In this document: in pieces, positions 20,374 to 29,927 of the stretch
How positions within the stretch are numbered: position 1 is the stretch's first letter
Layout: every line of letters starts with the position of its first letter
Source: Candidatus Latescibacterota bacterium
GTDB taxonomy: Bacteria; Latescibacterota; UBA2968
Reading direction: 5' to 3'
DNA: 64,000 nt
NCBI GenBank assembly: GCA_965214925.1
Contig: OZ244028.1
Coordinates: forward strand, 3,710,058-3,774,057
Made by a program: the position numbers and the translations under genes
The notes under the pieces: model-generated
What the model saw: the letters and a program-made list of their open reading frames with translations, nothing else
The model's database searches: none
Told to the model about the DNA's origin: nothing

Positions 20374-21435
20374 TTACACGGGTTCTTCCTTGAGTTGGAA
20401 CGCCTTATCGACGGGCATGCCCACAATCTCGCGCACTTGGCGTTCGATTTTTGCAGACAATGTGGCATTTTCTTTCAGGTAGCGCTTGACATTTTCGCGC
20501 CCTTGCCCGAGCCGATCATCGCCACAGGAAAACCACGTGCCACTTTTTTTGATGACGCCGTGCAATTCGGCCATATCGATCAGGCTGCCTTCTTTGGAAA
20601 TGCCCTCGCCAAACATCAGATCGACTTCACAATCCCTAAAAGGCGGTGCCATCTTGTTTTTGACCACGCGAATCCGGACGCGATTGCCAATGACCTCCTG
20701 CCCGTCTTTAATAGAGCCGATGCGCCGAATATCCATCCGCACCGATGCGTAAAATGGAAGGGCACGGCCGCCGGTGGTCGTTTCGGGATTGCCAAACATC
20801 ACGCCGATCTTCATGCGAATCTGATTGGCAAAAATCACGCAGGTTTTAGACCGACTGATCGACCCGGTCAGTTTACGCAGGGCCTGAGACATCAGACGCG
20901 CGTGGAGACCCATGTGAGAATCGCCCATTTCACCTTCAAGTTCAGCGCGCGGCACCAGCGCAGCCACAGAGTCTAAAGCCACGACCTCAAAAGCACCGCT
21001 TCGCACGAGCGTATCCGTAATTTCGAGCGCTTCTTCGCCCGTATCGGGCTGAGCGATCAACAAATTTTCGATATCCACCCCCAAGCACTCGGCCAATTCC
21101 ACATTCAAGGCGTGTTCTGCATCGACAAAAGCGGCTGCCCCGCCGCGCTTTTGCGCCTCGGCAATGATGTGCAAAATCAATGTGGTCTTGCCCGACCCTT
21201 CAGGGCCAAATATCTCGACAACTCGTCCATAGGGAACGCCACCGGCACCCAACGCAACATCTAGGCTCAAAGACCCCGTTGGGATAACCTCTGTTACGAG
21301 GGGTTGGGCTTCATCCCCTCCCAAGCGCATAATGGCCCCTTGCCCAAATTGCTTTTCGATTTGGGCAATGGCATTTTCAATGGCTTGCTGCTTGCCTTCA
21401 ATTTGTTGCTTGCCTTTCGTGTTGCGTTTTGCCAT
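20374..21435 (-). CDS. recA: recombinase RecA
   Basis: 'GAIMRLG', Walker A '[10 protein letters not shown]', '[18 protein letters not shown]' and '[22 protein letters not shown]'. The start is at the second ATG, 8 nt after the AAGGAG SD. Confidence 0.97.
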   Translation of the reverse strand: MAKRNTKGKQQIEGKQQAIENAIAQIEKQFGQGAIMRLGGDEAQPLVTEVIPTGSLSLDVALGAGGVPYGRVVEIFGPEGSGKTTLILHIIAEAQKRGGAAAFVDAEHALNVELAECLGVDIENLLIAQPDTGEEALEITDTLVRSGAFEVVALDSVAALVPRAELEGEMGDSHMGLHARLMSQALRKLTGSISRSKTCVIFANQIRMKIGVMFGNPETTTGGRALPFYASVRMDIRRIGSIKDGQEVIGNRVRIRVVKNKMAPPFRDCEVDLMFGEGISKEGSLIDMAELHGVIKKSGTWFSCGDDRLGQGRENVKRYLKENATLSAKIERQVREIVGMPVDKAFQLKEEPV

Positions 21436-21511
21436 CTCCATTTCTCCTTACAAAAGGTTTGGGATCACGGCGCAGCCCATCTCGCCTTCTGCACCGCACA
21501 ATGTCAAACCG

Positions 21512-21540
21512 AATATAGTGAACATTTGTGTATATGTCAA
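21512..21540 (-). promoter_or_regulatory. sigma70-type promoter upstream of recA
   Basis: The minus strand reads TTGACA - 17 nt - TATATT, about 70 nt upstream of the recA start. Confidence 0.6.
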
Positions 21541-21589
21541 GGGACAGTTTGGCGGTCTAAAACTCATTGTCCAACGATAACGGGCATTT

Positions 21590-22081
21590 CTAAAGCGACA
21601 AATATCCGAATGTCGGCCACAACACCAGCAACCCGCGCAAAATTAGATGTCCATAAATTCCCGCAATCACATCGTCGGCCACGATGCCCCACCCATCGGA
21701 CAATGCCTCGGCCTGTCGGGCGGGCGGTGGCTTGATGATATCCAGAATGCGAAACACGACAAACCCCCCAATGCCCATGAACACGGACTGAGGCAGCAGA
21801 CTCACCGTAACAAAAAAACCGACAAACTCGTCAATCACCACGTACTTGGGATCTTTGCCCCAGGCTTTCTCGCCCGCGCGAGACGCGTAAACCCCCACCA
21901 AAAACAGCCCGCCCAGCAGCACCCCCCACGCCCAGGGGTTCAGGGGAGGCAATAGACAATAAATCGCCAATGCCACGCCTGAACCCACTGTGGCAGGGGC
22001 AAAAACCGAATAGCCAGAAAAAAAGCCGGTTGCAATCAACCGGACAAAAAACGAAGGTTCAGAAGGCCGAAAATCGGTCAT
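21590..22081 (-). CDS. pgpA: phosphatidylglycerophosphatase A
   Basis: 'GFFSGYSVFAPATVGS' and 'VVIDEFVGFF...DIIKPPPA' are PgpA family motifs in a multi-TM protein. Confidence 0.85.
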   Translation of the reverse strand: MTDFRPSEPSFFVRLIATGFFSGYSVFAPATVGSGVALAIYCLLPPLNPWAWGVLLGGLFLVGVYASRAGEKAWGKDPKYVVIDEFVGFFVTVSLLPQSVFMGIGGFVVFRILDIIKPPPARQAEALSDGWGIVADDVIAGIYGHLILRGLLVLWPTFGYLSL

Positions 22082-22148
22082 AGAAATCCCAAATTAAAAA
22101 TCGGTCAGCTCGCAAGGGTGGGAGTGAAGAGGGGCGGCCTGCTGACAG

Positions 22149-22790
22149 CTAAAACGCCTTGCGGTTTTCAATTAAATACCCAACGCCTGAAACCGCGGCA
22201 ACGAGGGTCACGGCAGCGACCAAGACATTCAAAACCCAATAAGAAATGTCGCCCACGAGCACAATGGGTTGGGCGGTCAATTTGGCCTCGACCACGCGCA
22301 CATTGATAAAGACCAGAATGCCAAACACGAGAACCAATTGCAGCATGGTTTTCCACTTTGCAAGTTGCGAGGTCACCACGGGCTTGCCGCGCCGAATCGC
22401 AAAAATTCGCAACCCCGTGATCACGACATCGCGCAGGAGCATCGCGCCGATAAGCCATGCTTCGACCATGCCCAAACGCACAAATGCAATCAATGCCGAA
22501 GACACTAGCAACTTATCGGCCAACGGATCCATAAAGCGACCAAAGTTGGTCACTGTACCGTCGCGCCGCGCAATGCGCCCGTCGTAGAAATCCGTCAAAG
22601 AAGCCACGGTAAAGACGAGAAGCGCGAGGATTTTGAAATACCAGTTGGCGGCAAAGATCAACAGCCAAAACACGGGCGCGAGCACCAACCGCGACACAGT
22701 CAAGACATTGGGCACTGTCCACAACCGATTTGTGGTATGCAGTTCGGACATTGTCACACGATTCGACTCTATGGTGTTTGTCTGGGGCAT
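22149..22790 (-). CDS. pgsA: CDP-diacylglycerol--glycerol-3-phosphate 3-phosphatidyltransferase
   Basis: CDP-alcohol phosphatidyltransferase motif 'DFYDGRIARRDGTVTNFGRFMDPLADKL'. The true start may be the internal ATG ('MSELHTT'). Confidence 0.88.
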   Translation of the reverse strand: MPQTNTIESNRVTMSELHTTNRLWTVPNVLTVSRLVLAPVFWLLIFAANWYFKILALLVFTVASLTDFYDGRIARRDGTVTNFGRFMDPLADKLLVSSALIAFVRLGMVEAWLIGAMLLRDVVITGLRIFAIRRGKPVVTSQLAKWKTMLQLVLVFGILVFINVRVVEAKLTAQPIVLVGDISYWVLNVLVAAVTLVAAVSGVGYLIENRKAF

Positions 22791-23432
22791 TTAATACTCC
22801 CGCCGTCCTTCCAGCGCGCGCGACAATGTCACTTGATCGGTTAGGGCGAGGTCGCTACCCACGGGCAACCCGCGCGCAATTTGCGTGACAGACACCTCAT
22901 AAGGCGTCAAACACTGAGACAGATATTGTGCGGTGGCATCGCCTTCAACCGTTGGGCCATTGGCCAGAATCACTTCGCGAATTTCCCCCTGCCGCAAGCG
23001 GTGGAGCAATTGGGAGATATTTAAATCCTCCGGGCCAATGCCATCCAGGGGAGAAATTCGCCCATCCAGCACGTGATAAAGCCCCCGATACAGCCCGGTG
23101 CGCTCAAACGCCAAAAGATCGCCAATAAAATCGATCACCATCACCCTAGAGCGATCTCGACGAGCGTCTCGACACACAGAACAAGGCTCAACCTCAGTCA
23201 AATTAAAACAGATTGAACAGCGGCGTACGCGGGTCTTGACCTCCACCATCAAATCGGCGAGCGCGCGCACCACATCCGTATCCCATGTCAGCATCTCTAG
23301 CGCAATGCGCCGCGCGGATTTGGCGCCGATTCCGGGCAGCCGATTCAAACCGACAATCAATTTTTCAATGGCCTCTGATGCCACGTGAAACCCCAAAAAT
23401 GGAGATTGGAGGCGTCGAACCTCCAGCCTCAT
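22791..23432 (-). CDS. recR: recombination protein RecR
   Basis: HhH 'LPGIGAKSARRIA', Zn finger 'CSICFNLTEVEPCSVC' and a Toprim region. Confidence 0.92.
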   Translation of the reverse strand: MRLEVRRLQSPFLGFHVASEAIEKLIVGLNRLPGIGAKSARRIALEMLTWDTDVVRALADLMVEVKTRVRRCSICFNLTEVEPCSVCRDARRDRSRVMVIDFIGDLLAFERTGLYRGLYHVLDGRISPLDGIGPEDLNISQLLHRLRQGEIREVILANGPTVEGDATAQYLSQCLTPYEVSVTQIARGLPVGSDLALTDQVTLSRALEGRREY

Positions 23433-23433
23433 T

Positions 23434-23763
23434 TTACATGATCCCCGACATATTCACCCCAGGAGGAATCAGACCCGCTGTGGCTTTCTGCATTTCCGCT
23501 TCGGCCATGTCCGCAGCTTTTTCACGCGCCTGCTGAATCGCTGCCAGCACGAGGTCTTCTAGCATTTCCACATCTTCGGGATCGACGACTTCGGGATCAA
23601 TTTTCACCGACAAAACATCTTGATGCCCATTGGCTCTCACCGTCACCATGCCCCCGCCCGAGGTCGCCTCCACCTCCTTTGACCCCAGTTCTTTTTGCAC
23701 CTTGGCCAGTTTGGCCTGCAACCTCTGAGCCTGCTTCATCATGGCTCCCATGCCTTTTGCCAT
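23434..23763 (-). CDS. ybaB: YbaB/EbfC family nucleoid-associated protein
   Basis: 109 aa with 'MMKQAQRLQAKLAKVQKEL...EATSGGGMVTV..NG'. Conserved dnaX-ybaB-recR synteny. Confidence 0.9.
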   Translation of the reverse strand: MAKGMGAMMKQAQRLQAKLAKVQKELGSKEVEATSGGGMVTVRANGHQDVLSVKIDPEVVDPEDVEMLEDLVLAAIQQAREKAADMAEAEMQKATAGLIPPGVNMSGIM

Positions 23764-23841
23764 CCTTTAACTCCTTAACTGGAATAAATTTCAGCCTGCC
23801 CAACTTCCCCCAGTCTCCTGCGTCTCGCCCTTTGGACTTCC

Positions 23842-25599
23842 TCACCCGATCACTTCGCCGCCGAACACCTGCATCACCATCTGCACGCGCGCATCTTCTT
23901 TCGGGGCCTTCTCATCCTTTGCTCGCGCTTTATTGTTGTTGTCGTAAACAACCTCGCACGAAAGGGTGACTGTGCCCCCAAAAACATCAAACGCCACTTC
24001 TTCGACCAGTGCGCGGTTGCGCCGCACCTGATTGGCGTGAAACTCGCGGTTTTTTTTGAATGCCACCACCAAACGCTGTCCATCCATCAATTGCGGGCGA
24101 CCTTCGGCCAAAAACGTGCCCACTGAAATTTTCTTGTGCTTCACCGCCTGTACAAGTTGTATCCACCTGTTTTCTACAACAGAAAGGTCTGGCGGCTCTC
24201 CATTAGAGAGCGGTGCTTCTTCTTTCACCCGCAGCGGTTCTGCCACGCGACGACCATTGCCTTGCGGTTGTATCACAGGAAGCGGTGAAGATTTGGGAGT
24301 GGTTGTTGTCTGAGGTGGTGCTGGCCTGGCGTTGTTTCCCTGGGGTTTGCGCGCGGGACGATCGGATGGTGTTGTGGTCTGAGATGCTGGTTCGGCGTTG
24401 GGCAATGGCTGTTTCTGCATGGCAGCAGAGGCACGACCAGATCCCGTTCCCTGGCTCTTTAACCCCCGCTCAAGTTGCTCCAGACGACTGATCAAAACCT
24501 GTAAATCAACACTCGCCGTCATCTGCACCAGTTTCATGACGGTCAATTCGAGCCAGAATCGAGGCTCGGTCACGCGGCCAATCTGCATTTCCAACTCACC
24601 CACAGCATTGAGCATACGCACCAAGTCGGCCTCTTCAAATTGCGCTGCAACCTCTGTATATTGCTCGTGGTCGGCTTCTGGCAAATTTTCATCTGCCAAT
24701 TGTCCCACTGCCCGCGCGACCAACAAATGCCGAAAATGCGCCATCAGACCCGCCACAAATTCCCCCAAGTCGCTGCCCTCGCGCACCAGCCGATCAACAA
24801 CGCTCAATGCCTGGGCACCATCCCGCGCCACAATCGCCTGGGTTAGATCAAAATACGCGTCGCGGGGAATCAGACCCAGTAAATTTTGCACCGCATCTTC
24901 CGCAATGTCTGCCTCTGAAAATGCAATGACCTGATCGAGCAAACTCAGCGCATCGCGCATGCTGCCATCGGCTTTTCGGGCGATCAAAAACAGCGCGGAT
25001 TCTTCAGCACTGACCCCCTCTTCATTCACCGCTATTTTGAGTTCTTCAACAATTGCCCCAATCGGAATGCGCCGAAAATTGTAGCGCTGGCAGCGCGACA
25101 AAATGGTTTCGGGAACCTTGTAGGCTTCGGTCGTTGCAAACACAAAAACAACATGCGCTGGCGGTTCTTCGAGTGTTTTGAGCAGGGCATTGAACGCCTC
25201 GGTGGTCAGCATGTGTACTTCGTCAATAATATAAACTCTGCGCTTGCCCTGCGAAGCCGCATAGCCCACCTCTTCGCGCAATTGCCTGATCTCATCAATC
25301 CCGCGGTTTGACGCCCCATCAATTTCCAGCACATCCATACTGTTGCCATGGCGGATGGCAACGCAAGAAGCACACTGTCCACACGGTTCAGCAGTTGGCC
25401 CCTGCTCGCAATTGAGTGCCATGGCGAGCAATCGAGCCATAGTGGTCTTGCCCGTTCCGCGCGGCCCGGAAAACAAGTACGACTGCGCCACGCGCCCCAG
25501 CCGAATGGCGTTTTGCAACGTGGTGGTCACATGGCTTTGCGCGACCACGGTTTCAAATGCTTGGGGCCTCCGCTTTCGGGCCATTACCGTGTAAGACAT
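23842..25599 (-). CDS. dnaX: DNA polymerase III subunit gamma/tau
   Basis: 'RKRRPQAFETVVAQ', Walker A 'GPRGTGKTT', Zn module 'CGQCASC' and 'IIDEVHML'. Confidence 0.95.
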   Translation of the reverse strand: MSYTVMARKRRPQAFETVVAQSHVTTTLQNAIRLGRVAQSYLFSGPRGTGKTTMARLLAMALNCEQGPTAEPCGQCASCVAIRHGNSMDVLEIDGASNRGIDEIRQLREEVGYAASQGKRRVYIIDEVHMLTTEAFNALLKTLEEPPAHVVFVFATTEAYKVPETILSRCQRYNFRRIPIGAIVEELKIAVNEEGVSAEESALFLIARKADGSMRDALSLLDQVIAFSEADIAEDAVQNLLGLIPRDAYFDLTQAIVARDGAQALSVVDRLVREGSDLGEFVAGLMAHFRHLLVARAVGQLADENLPEADHEQYTEVAAQFEEADLVRMLNAVGELEMQIGRVTEPRFWLELTVMKLVQMTASVDLQVLISRLEQLERGLKSQGTGSGRASAAMQKQPLPNAEPASQTTTPSDRPARKPQGNNARPAPPQTTTTPKSSPLPVIQPQGNGRRVAEPLRVKEEAPLSNGEPPDLSVVENRWIQLVQAVKHKKISVGTFLAEGRPQLMDGQRLVVAFKKNREFHANQVRRNRALVEEVAFDVFGGTVTLSCEVVYDNNNKARAKDEKAPKEDARVQMVMQVFGGEVIG

Positions 25600-25647
25600 A
25601 AAAACTCCAAAGGGGGCTTTTCAACTCCCAGCCTCTGCGAAAAAAAG

Positions 25648-25785
25648 GCCGTGCACCACGCTTCGAACCGTTACCCCAGGGCGTTCAACGAGCGCGGGCT
25701 CCTGCCAGGTGCTCCTGCGGCACACGCACCGATTTGCTTACCGCTGCTACCTTCCGGTCCTGACGGGGTTCGGCATAGGCACGTT
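25648..25785 (-). ncRNA. ffs: signal recognition particle RNA (4.5S-like); ends approximate
   Basis: The minus strand contains 'GUCAGGACCGGAAGGUAGCAGCGG...GUGUGCCGCAGGAGCACCUGGCAGG', matching the conserved SRP domain IV (E. coli 'GUCAGGUCCGGAAGGAAGCAGCC...GUGUGCCG...GCUGGCAGG'). It is followed by a T7 run and sits in the usual position upstream of dnaX. Confidence 0.75.
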
Positions 25786-26010
25786 GCACAGGACCTGACG
25801 ATCAACACTGCATACCCATTGATCGCGATCCAAAATACCGGCTCTCAGACGTGGAATTTGACCCCGCTATAGCGGATTGCGGGCTACAGGGCACCGCTAT
25901 CTCCCCGTCTAGCACGACCTAAAAAAGTCAGACGCGAGCACAGACGCACGAGTAAGCAAAACCATCCCTCCCTCTTACGCCTTACGTCTCGCCGCTTACT
26001 GAATATATTT

Positions 26011-26086
26011 TGGTGGAGCTGATGGGATTCGAACCCACGACCTCTAGAGTGCGATTCTAGTGCTCTCCCAACTGAGCTACAGCCCC
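26011..26086 (-). tRNA. tRNA-Ala (anticodon CGC)
   Basis: The reverse complement 'GGGGCUGUAGCUCAGUUGGGAGAGCACUAGAAUCGCACUCUAGAGGUCGUGGGUUCGAAUCCCAUCAGCUCCACCA' folds as a cloverleaf. It has the G3:U70 Ala identity pair and an encoded CCA. Confidence 0.93.
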
Positions 26087-26088
26087 AC

Positions 26089-26460
26089 CTAAACGGCTTC
26101 AACCACGATGTTATACACGCCCGATACGGACTTGAGCACCCTGGCATCGCCCAAAACCCGTCCAATAATATTGACGGGACTCGCCGGGCGAATTTCAATT
26201 CCGTGACTGGCCGGGGTCAGGCCATAAAAAATGCAAAACGCACGACCCGGCGGCCAATATCCGAGTTCGTTTAAGGACACGGTTTCTTGGGCATCTTCGG
26301 GATATGCTTCAATGGGAATGGAAAAATAAATCTCGTCGCCCCAGGTATTAAACGGACAATCCAGCGGCAAAATTTCGTAAATTTTGCTCGCGGTTTGTGA
26401 ATCATTCAACTGGGCATCAAGTTGAATATCGCCAACTGTGATGCGGATGGGACGCGGCAT
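26089..26460 (-). CDS. cyclophilin-like superfamily protein (TM1367-like)
   Basis: 'IRITVGDIQLDAQLNDSQTA..IYEILPL....NTWGDEIYFSIP...YWPPGRAFCIFYGLTPAS....RPASPVNIIGRV' matches the cyclophilin-like small protein family. The start is at the internal ATG (MPRPIRI). Confidence 0.75.
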   Translation of the reverse strand: MPRPIRITVGDIQLDAQLNDSQTASKIYEILPLDCPFNTWGDEIYFSIPIEAYPEDAQETVSLNELGYWPPGRAFCIFYGLTPASHGIEIRPASPVNIIGRVLGDARVLKSVSGVYNIVVEAV

Positions 26461-26543
26461 AACGACCTCGTAAATGGCTGTAAGCGACCAGTTTTTCCAC
26501 GCCCTTCCACCGGCCGGGCAGCGGATCTCCAATCGCGTGTTTT

Positions 26544-26633
<90 letters not shown>

Positions 26634-26657
26634 AAAATGGCTATAAGTGTTTGTTTT

Positions 26658-26747
<90 letters not shown>

Positions 26748-26757
26748 GCGAGATATT

Positions 26758-27192
26758 CTATTTTTTCCGCAAGGTTTGAAAAAATGACCGCAACATCTGA
26801 CCACATGCTTCTTCTAAAACCCCCCGATGCACGGCCAAGCAATGGTTTAGACGCGCGTCTTCGACAATATTTCTCAAAGAGCCACATGCCCCAGTTTTGG
26901 GATCGCACGCCCCAAAAACCAACCGCGACAATCGGGCGAGCACCATAGCACCTGCACACATGGCACAGGGTTCTAATGTTGCGTAAAGCGTGCAGTCATT
27001 CAGCCATCGAATACCCAGCTTTTCTGTGGCCTGCCGAAGAACGAGCATCTCGGCATGCGCTGTGGGATCATTCCGCTGTACAATGCGATTGTGATCTCGT
27101 GCGATCACCGCGCCATTGCACATCACAACCGCGCCAACCGGAACTTCGCGTTCGCATGCTGCCGCCCGCGCTTCTTTGAGGGCGAGTTGCAT
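26758..27192 (-). CDS. tadA: tRNA adenosine(34) deaminase
   Basis: CDA zinc motifs 'HAEMLVL' and 'PCAMCAGAM'. The start is at the internal ATG ('MQLALKEARAA'). Confidence 0.9.
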   Translation of the reverse strand: MQLALKEARAAACEREVPVGAVVMCNGAVIARDHNRIVQRNDPTAHAEMLVLRQATEKLGIRWLNDCTLYATLEPCAMCAGAMVLARLSRLVFGACDPKTGACGSLRNIVEDARLNHCLAVHRGVLEEACGQMLRSFFQTLRKK

Positions 27193-27681
27193 GCCTGTCA
27201 AGTCATCCCCTTGCACGCCCACTCCCCAAGTGTGAGAGAACCGCGCCGATTGCAAAAAAAATATACGGGTTTCCCCACACAGAGTCAACCACTCAATCAG
27301 CAACGCGACGAGTTTTTGCGACCCCTTCAACGGCCCAAGTTCCCAGTCCTCATTCCTTCGGAGATCGCATCAAAATCCGAGCGCGAAGCATCTGACTTGT
27401 CCCGATGCGTTTCACTTGCACGGTCTTGCTATCCTGACACGTAGGTCGGATTGTGCATTTGCAATACCTCGCCGAGAGCGATAATTGGCTGCCCGCATCT
27501 GTCCGCTAGGCAGGCGCCAGCTCCTCAAAATTGCAGTGCCAGGGCGTATCTCGTGCCATCGCGATATGCCCCCTCCGAACGCGCCGCCGATAACAACGGC
27601 CAACCATCGCCGCAAGTTTATACAGACTCTTTTTGGCGCACATGCGTACGCACGCGCCTGTGCGTCTATTCGTCCATTCGC

Positions 27682-28875
27682 CTACATTTCCAATCGGTTA
27701 TCTGTAGGTGGATCACCCAAATCGGGAATTTCGAGCAATTCCCCGCGTTTGAGGGCCGATTGGTGGGCAATGATGCCGGGGATCATGTAGCGAGCCGCTT
27801 CATAAATGTTGTTCGGCGGTATTTTGCCCGAAACACAAGCGCGAACAAAGTCGTCGACGAGAAACTGGTGTGACCCATTGTGGCCGTTGGGCAGCCCTTT
27901 GAACGCGTCTGGCAGGCGGTGGACGGGGTGAACAGGGGCCACGTGCGTTCCATCGTCTGCGATGACTTTATCCATGTCGCCTTCAACGCGCGTTGCTGGT
28001 CGGCGGCAGGTGAGTTGGTCATCGAGAGATTCGCGTTCCGATCGGTCTTTGGTCAGCCAAACAGCACCGGCGGCATTGTGTTCAAAGCTACCCTGTGTGC
28101 CAAACACGGCCATGCGCACCGCACCTGGATGCCCAATGCGGCGAAACTCATTGATGCGTGAGATGCTGCCATCCGAGAGTTTGAACAGGGCAGATTCATT
28201 GCTGAAGGGATTGTTCCACTGGTTTGAGGTGTAAATTTTATCTTCGTGGTGATCGACAACGCCCTGGCATGAGACGTGGGTCATGCGCGCGCCTGTGATA
28301 GAAAGAATCTGACTGGTTGAATGGGTGGGATAAAACATGGGCGGTACCCCGGCGATTTCGCGCCAGTTTTCGCCCCCGCGCCATCTGGCAACATCGTACA
28401 GGCCGTGATCCCAATCGTGGTAATATTCGGCTTCGGCATAGACCATATTGCCAAACGCGCCTTCGCGGAATCGCCGACGACAATATATGACTGCTGGATA
28501 GTAATAGCTGGTTTCACCGAGCATGTAGATATTGCCGGTTTCACACACAGCGTCAACAATGGCGCGAAGTTCGTCGAGTAATATGCCGGGTGGCACGGCT
28601 GAGTACACGTGTTTGTCCGCGCGCAGAGCTTGCACGGCCTGTGGCCCGTGCAGCCAGTTTTGGGTGAAGAGCGCAATGGCGTCAACATCGGTATGACACA
28701 GGTCATCGAGAGAAGGTGACGTCTGTGCAATGTCGTGTTTGTCCGCGCTGGCATGACGTTTTTCTGCATTCAGGTCGCACAGAATAACCTGCTCGACGTC
28801 TGGATGTGCATTGAAGAGGGGGATGAAATGCTGTGCAAATGCCCCCACCCCCACAATGCCGAGACGAATACCCAT
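27682..28875 (-). CDS. Gfo/Idh/MocA family oxidoreductase
   Basis: N-terminal Rossmann 'IRLGIVGVGAFAQHFIP' and a typical size of 397 aa. Confidence 0.8.
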   Translation of the reverse strand: MGIRLGIVGVGAFAQHFIPLFNAHPDVEQVILCDLNAEKRHASADKHDIAQTSPSLDDLCHTDVDAIALFTQNWLHGPQAVQALRADKHVYSAVPPGILLDELRAIVDAVCETGNIYMLGETSYYYPAVIYCRRRFREGAFGNMVYAEAEYYHDWDHGLYDVARWRGGENWREIAGVPPMFYPTHSTSQILSITGARMTHVSCQGVVDHHEDKIYTSNQWNNPFSNESALFKLSDGSISRINEFRRIGHPGAVRMAVFGTQGSFEHNAAGAVWLTKDRSERESLDDQLTCRRPATRVEGDMDKVIADDGTHVAPVHPVHRLPDAFKGLPNGHNGSHQFLVDDFVRACVSGKIPPNNIYEAARYMIPGIIAHQSALKRGELLEIPDLGDPPTDNRLEM

Positions 28876-28934
28876 GGAAAATTCTCTTCTAAAAAAAATG
28901 GTTCATAGCTGTGCAGCCAAAGTGATCGGACTTC

Positions 28935-28961
28935 AAATTTTTACACGTTGTGTAAAAATTT
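28935..28961. promoter_or_regulatory. perfect 12-bp-arm palindrome (candidate operator) upstream of the oxidoreductase gene
   Basis: 'aaatttttacac gtt gtgtaaaaattt' has 12/12 complementary arms and a 3-nt spacer. It lies 60-86 nt upstream of the ATG at 28875. Confidence 0.35.
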
Positions 28962-29200
28962 CGCATTGCATTTTCGCTCACAGTATGTATAATTGCAATG
29001 TCACTTACAAATACCAATGGTTCGGACACTTTTTGATAGATTCTCGACCAGCCAAAATCCCTAAGTTTCTATAATACAAAGATTTATAGAATTGTCCACT
29101 TTTTTTTATTTCAGGATACAGGTAGAAAAAATAAAACAAATGGCCTCATTGGTCTTTCAAATAAATTCGATTACATTTTTTTGCAGTGCTTTTATTGTCT

Positions 29201-29264
29201 GGATTCCCGCTTTCGCGGGAATGACGGGTCGTTGCTCGTCACTCCTGCGAAAGCAGGAGTCCAG
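29201..29264. repeat. pair of REP-like GC hairpins
   Basis: 'attcccgc tttc gcgggaat' and 'actcctgc gaaa gcaggagt'. Such elements give the familiar spurious peptides 'IPAFAGMT' and 'LLRKQES'. Confidence 0.7.
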
Positions 29265-29927
29265 TAGGTTAAGTCAATAAACTTTTTTGAAGAATCACTC
29301 ATCTAACCTGTTGATTTCAAAGAACCTCTACACCAAAAAACTGTCCGAAGTATTGAAACACAAACACGTTGATTTCAAGGAGTCAAATCGTGAAGTCAAT
29401 TTCGGACATGATTAACGAACTCACGACACTGTATCACTACAGCATCAAATCTTTGGGAAGTGAACTCGGAGTTTCTACCTCTACCCAGTAATTTCTGGTT
29501 AGGCTTTTGCAGAGAGGAGACAGCGAGGTCACAGAAGGGTTGCTCAAAGGCAATTTCCATGAAAGGTTAGAGTTGTCAGAGAAAAATTCTACCCTTTCAA
29601 AGGAGACCTGCCCATACTATCTCTCAGGAAAAAGAAAATGTATGGCCTCAAGAAACGCCAACATTTTCTGCCCTGCTTTCGCCTTTAGAAGCTCAATTGC
29701 CCCATCTCACCCCGTTGGAATCGGGAGCAATAAACCGCTGACTTGCACATCAAACAAACGTCAATCGGTTTTTCTGTTGCCGTTTTTTATTTTTCGGCTT
29801 TTCTTTGCCTTCTGCCGCTCCGCTTTTCGCCCCCCCCATACCTTTCGCCTTTTGTCTGTGTCTATTGGTGTTAATACTCGCTTCTCACTTCTCGCTTCTC
29901 GCCTCTCCCCGATTTCAAGGACGTATC

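Noticed and set aside
21518-21534. Canonical LexA/SOS box in the recA promoter
   Set aside because: 'GAACATTTGTGT' has only one GAAC half of a Cheo box (GAAC-N4-GTTC), and there is no CTGT-N8-ACAG. It is kept only as a low-interest shared-spacer observation.
25884-26198. 104-aa ORF overlapping tRNA-Ala and the REP-like motifs
   Set aside because: It spans a tRNA gene and repeat elements ('SSVGRALESHSRGRGFESH' is a translated tRNA). It is not a gene.
29507-29927. 189-aa ORF 29507-30076 and the N-terminal extension (29805-29927) of the EndoQ-UvrD ORF
   Set aside because: The sequence is low-complexity and Phe/Leu/Ser/Cys-rich, derived from C/T-rich repeats. The EndoQ homology starts exactly at 'MHYIADVHLHS' (ATG 29928), which has an SD.
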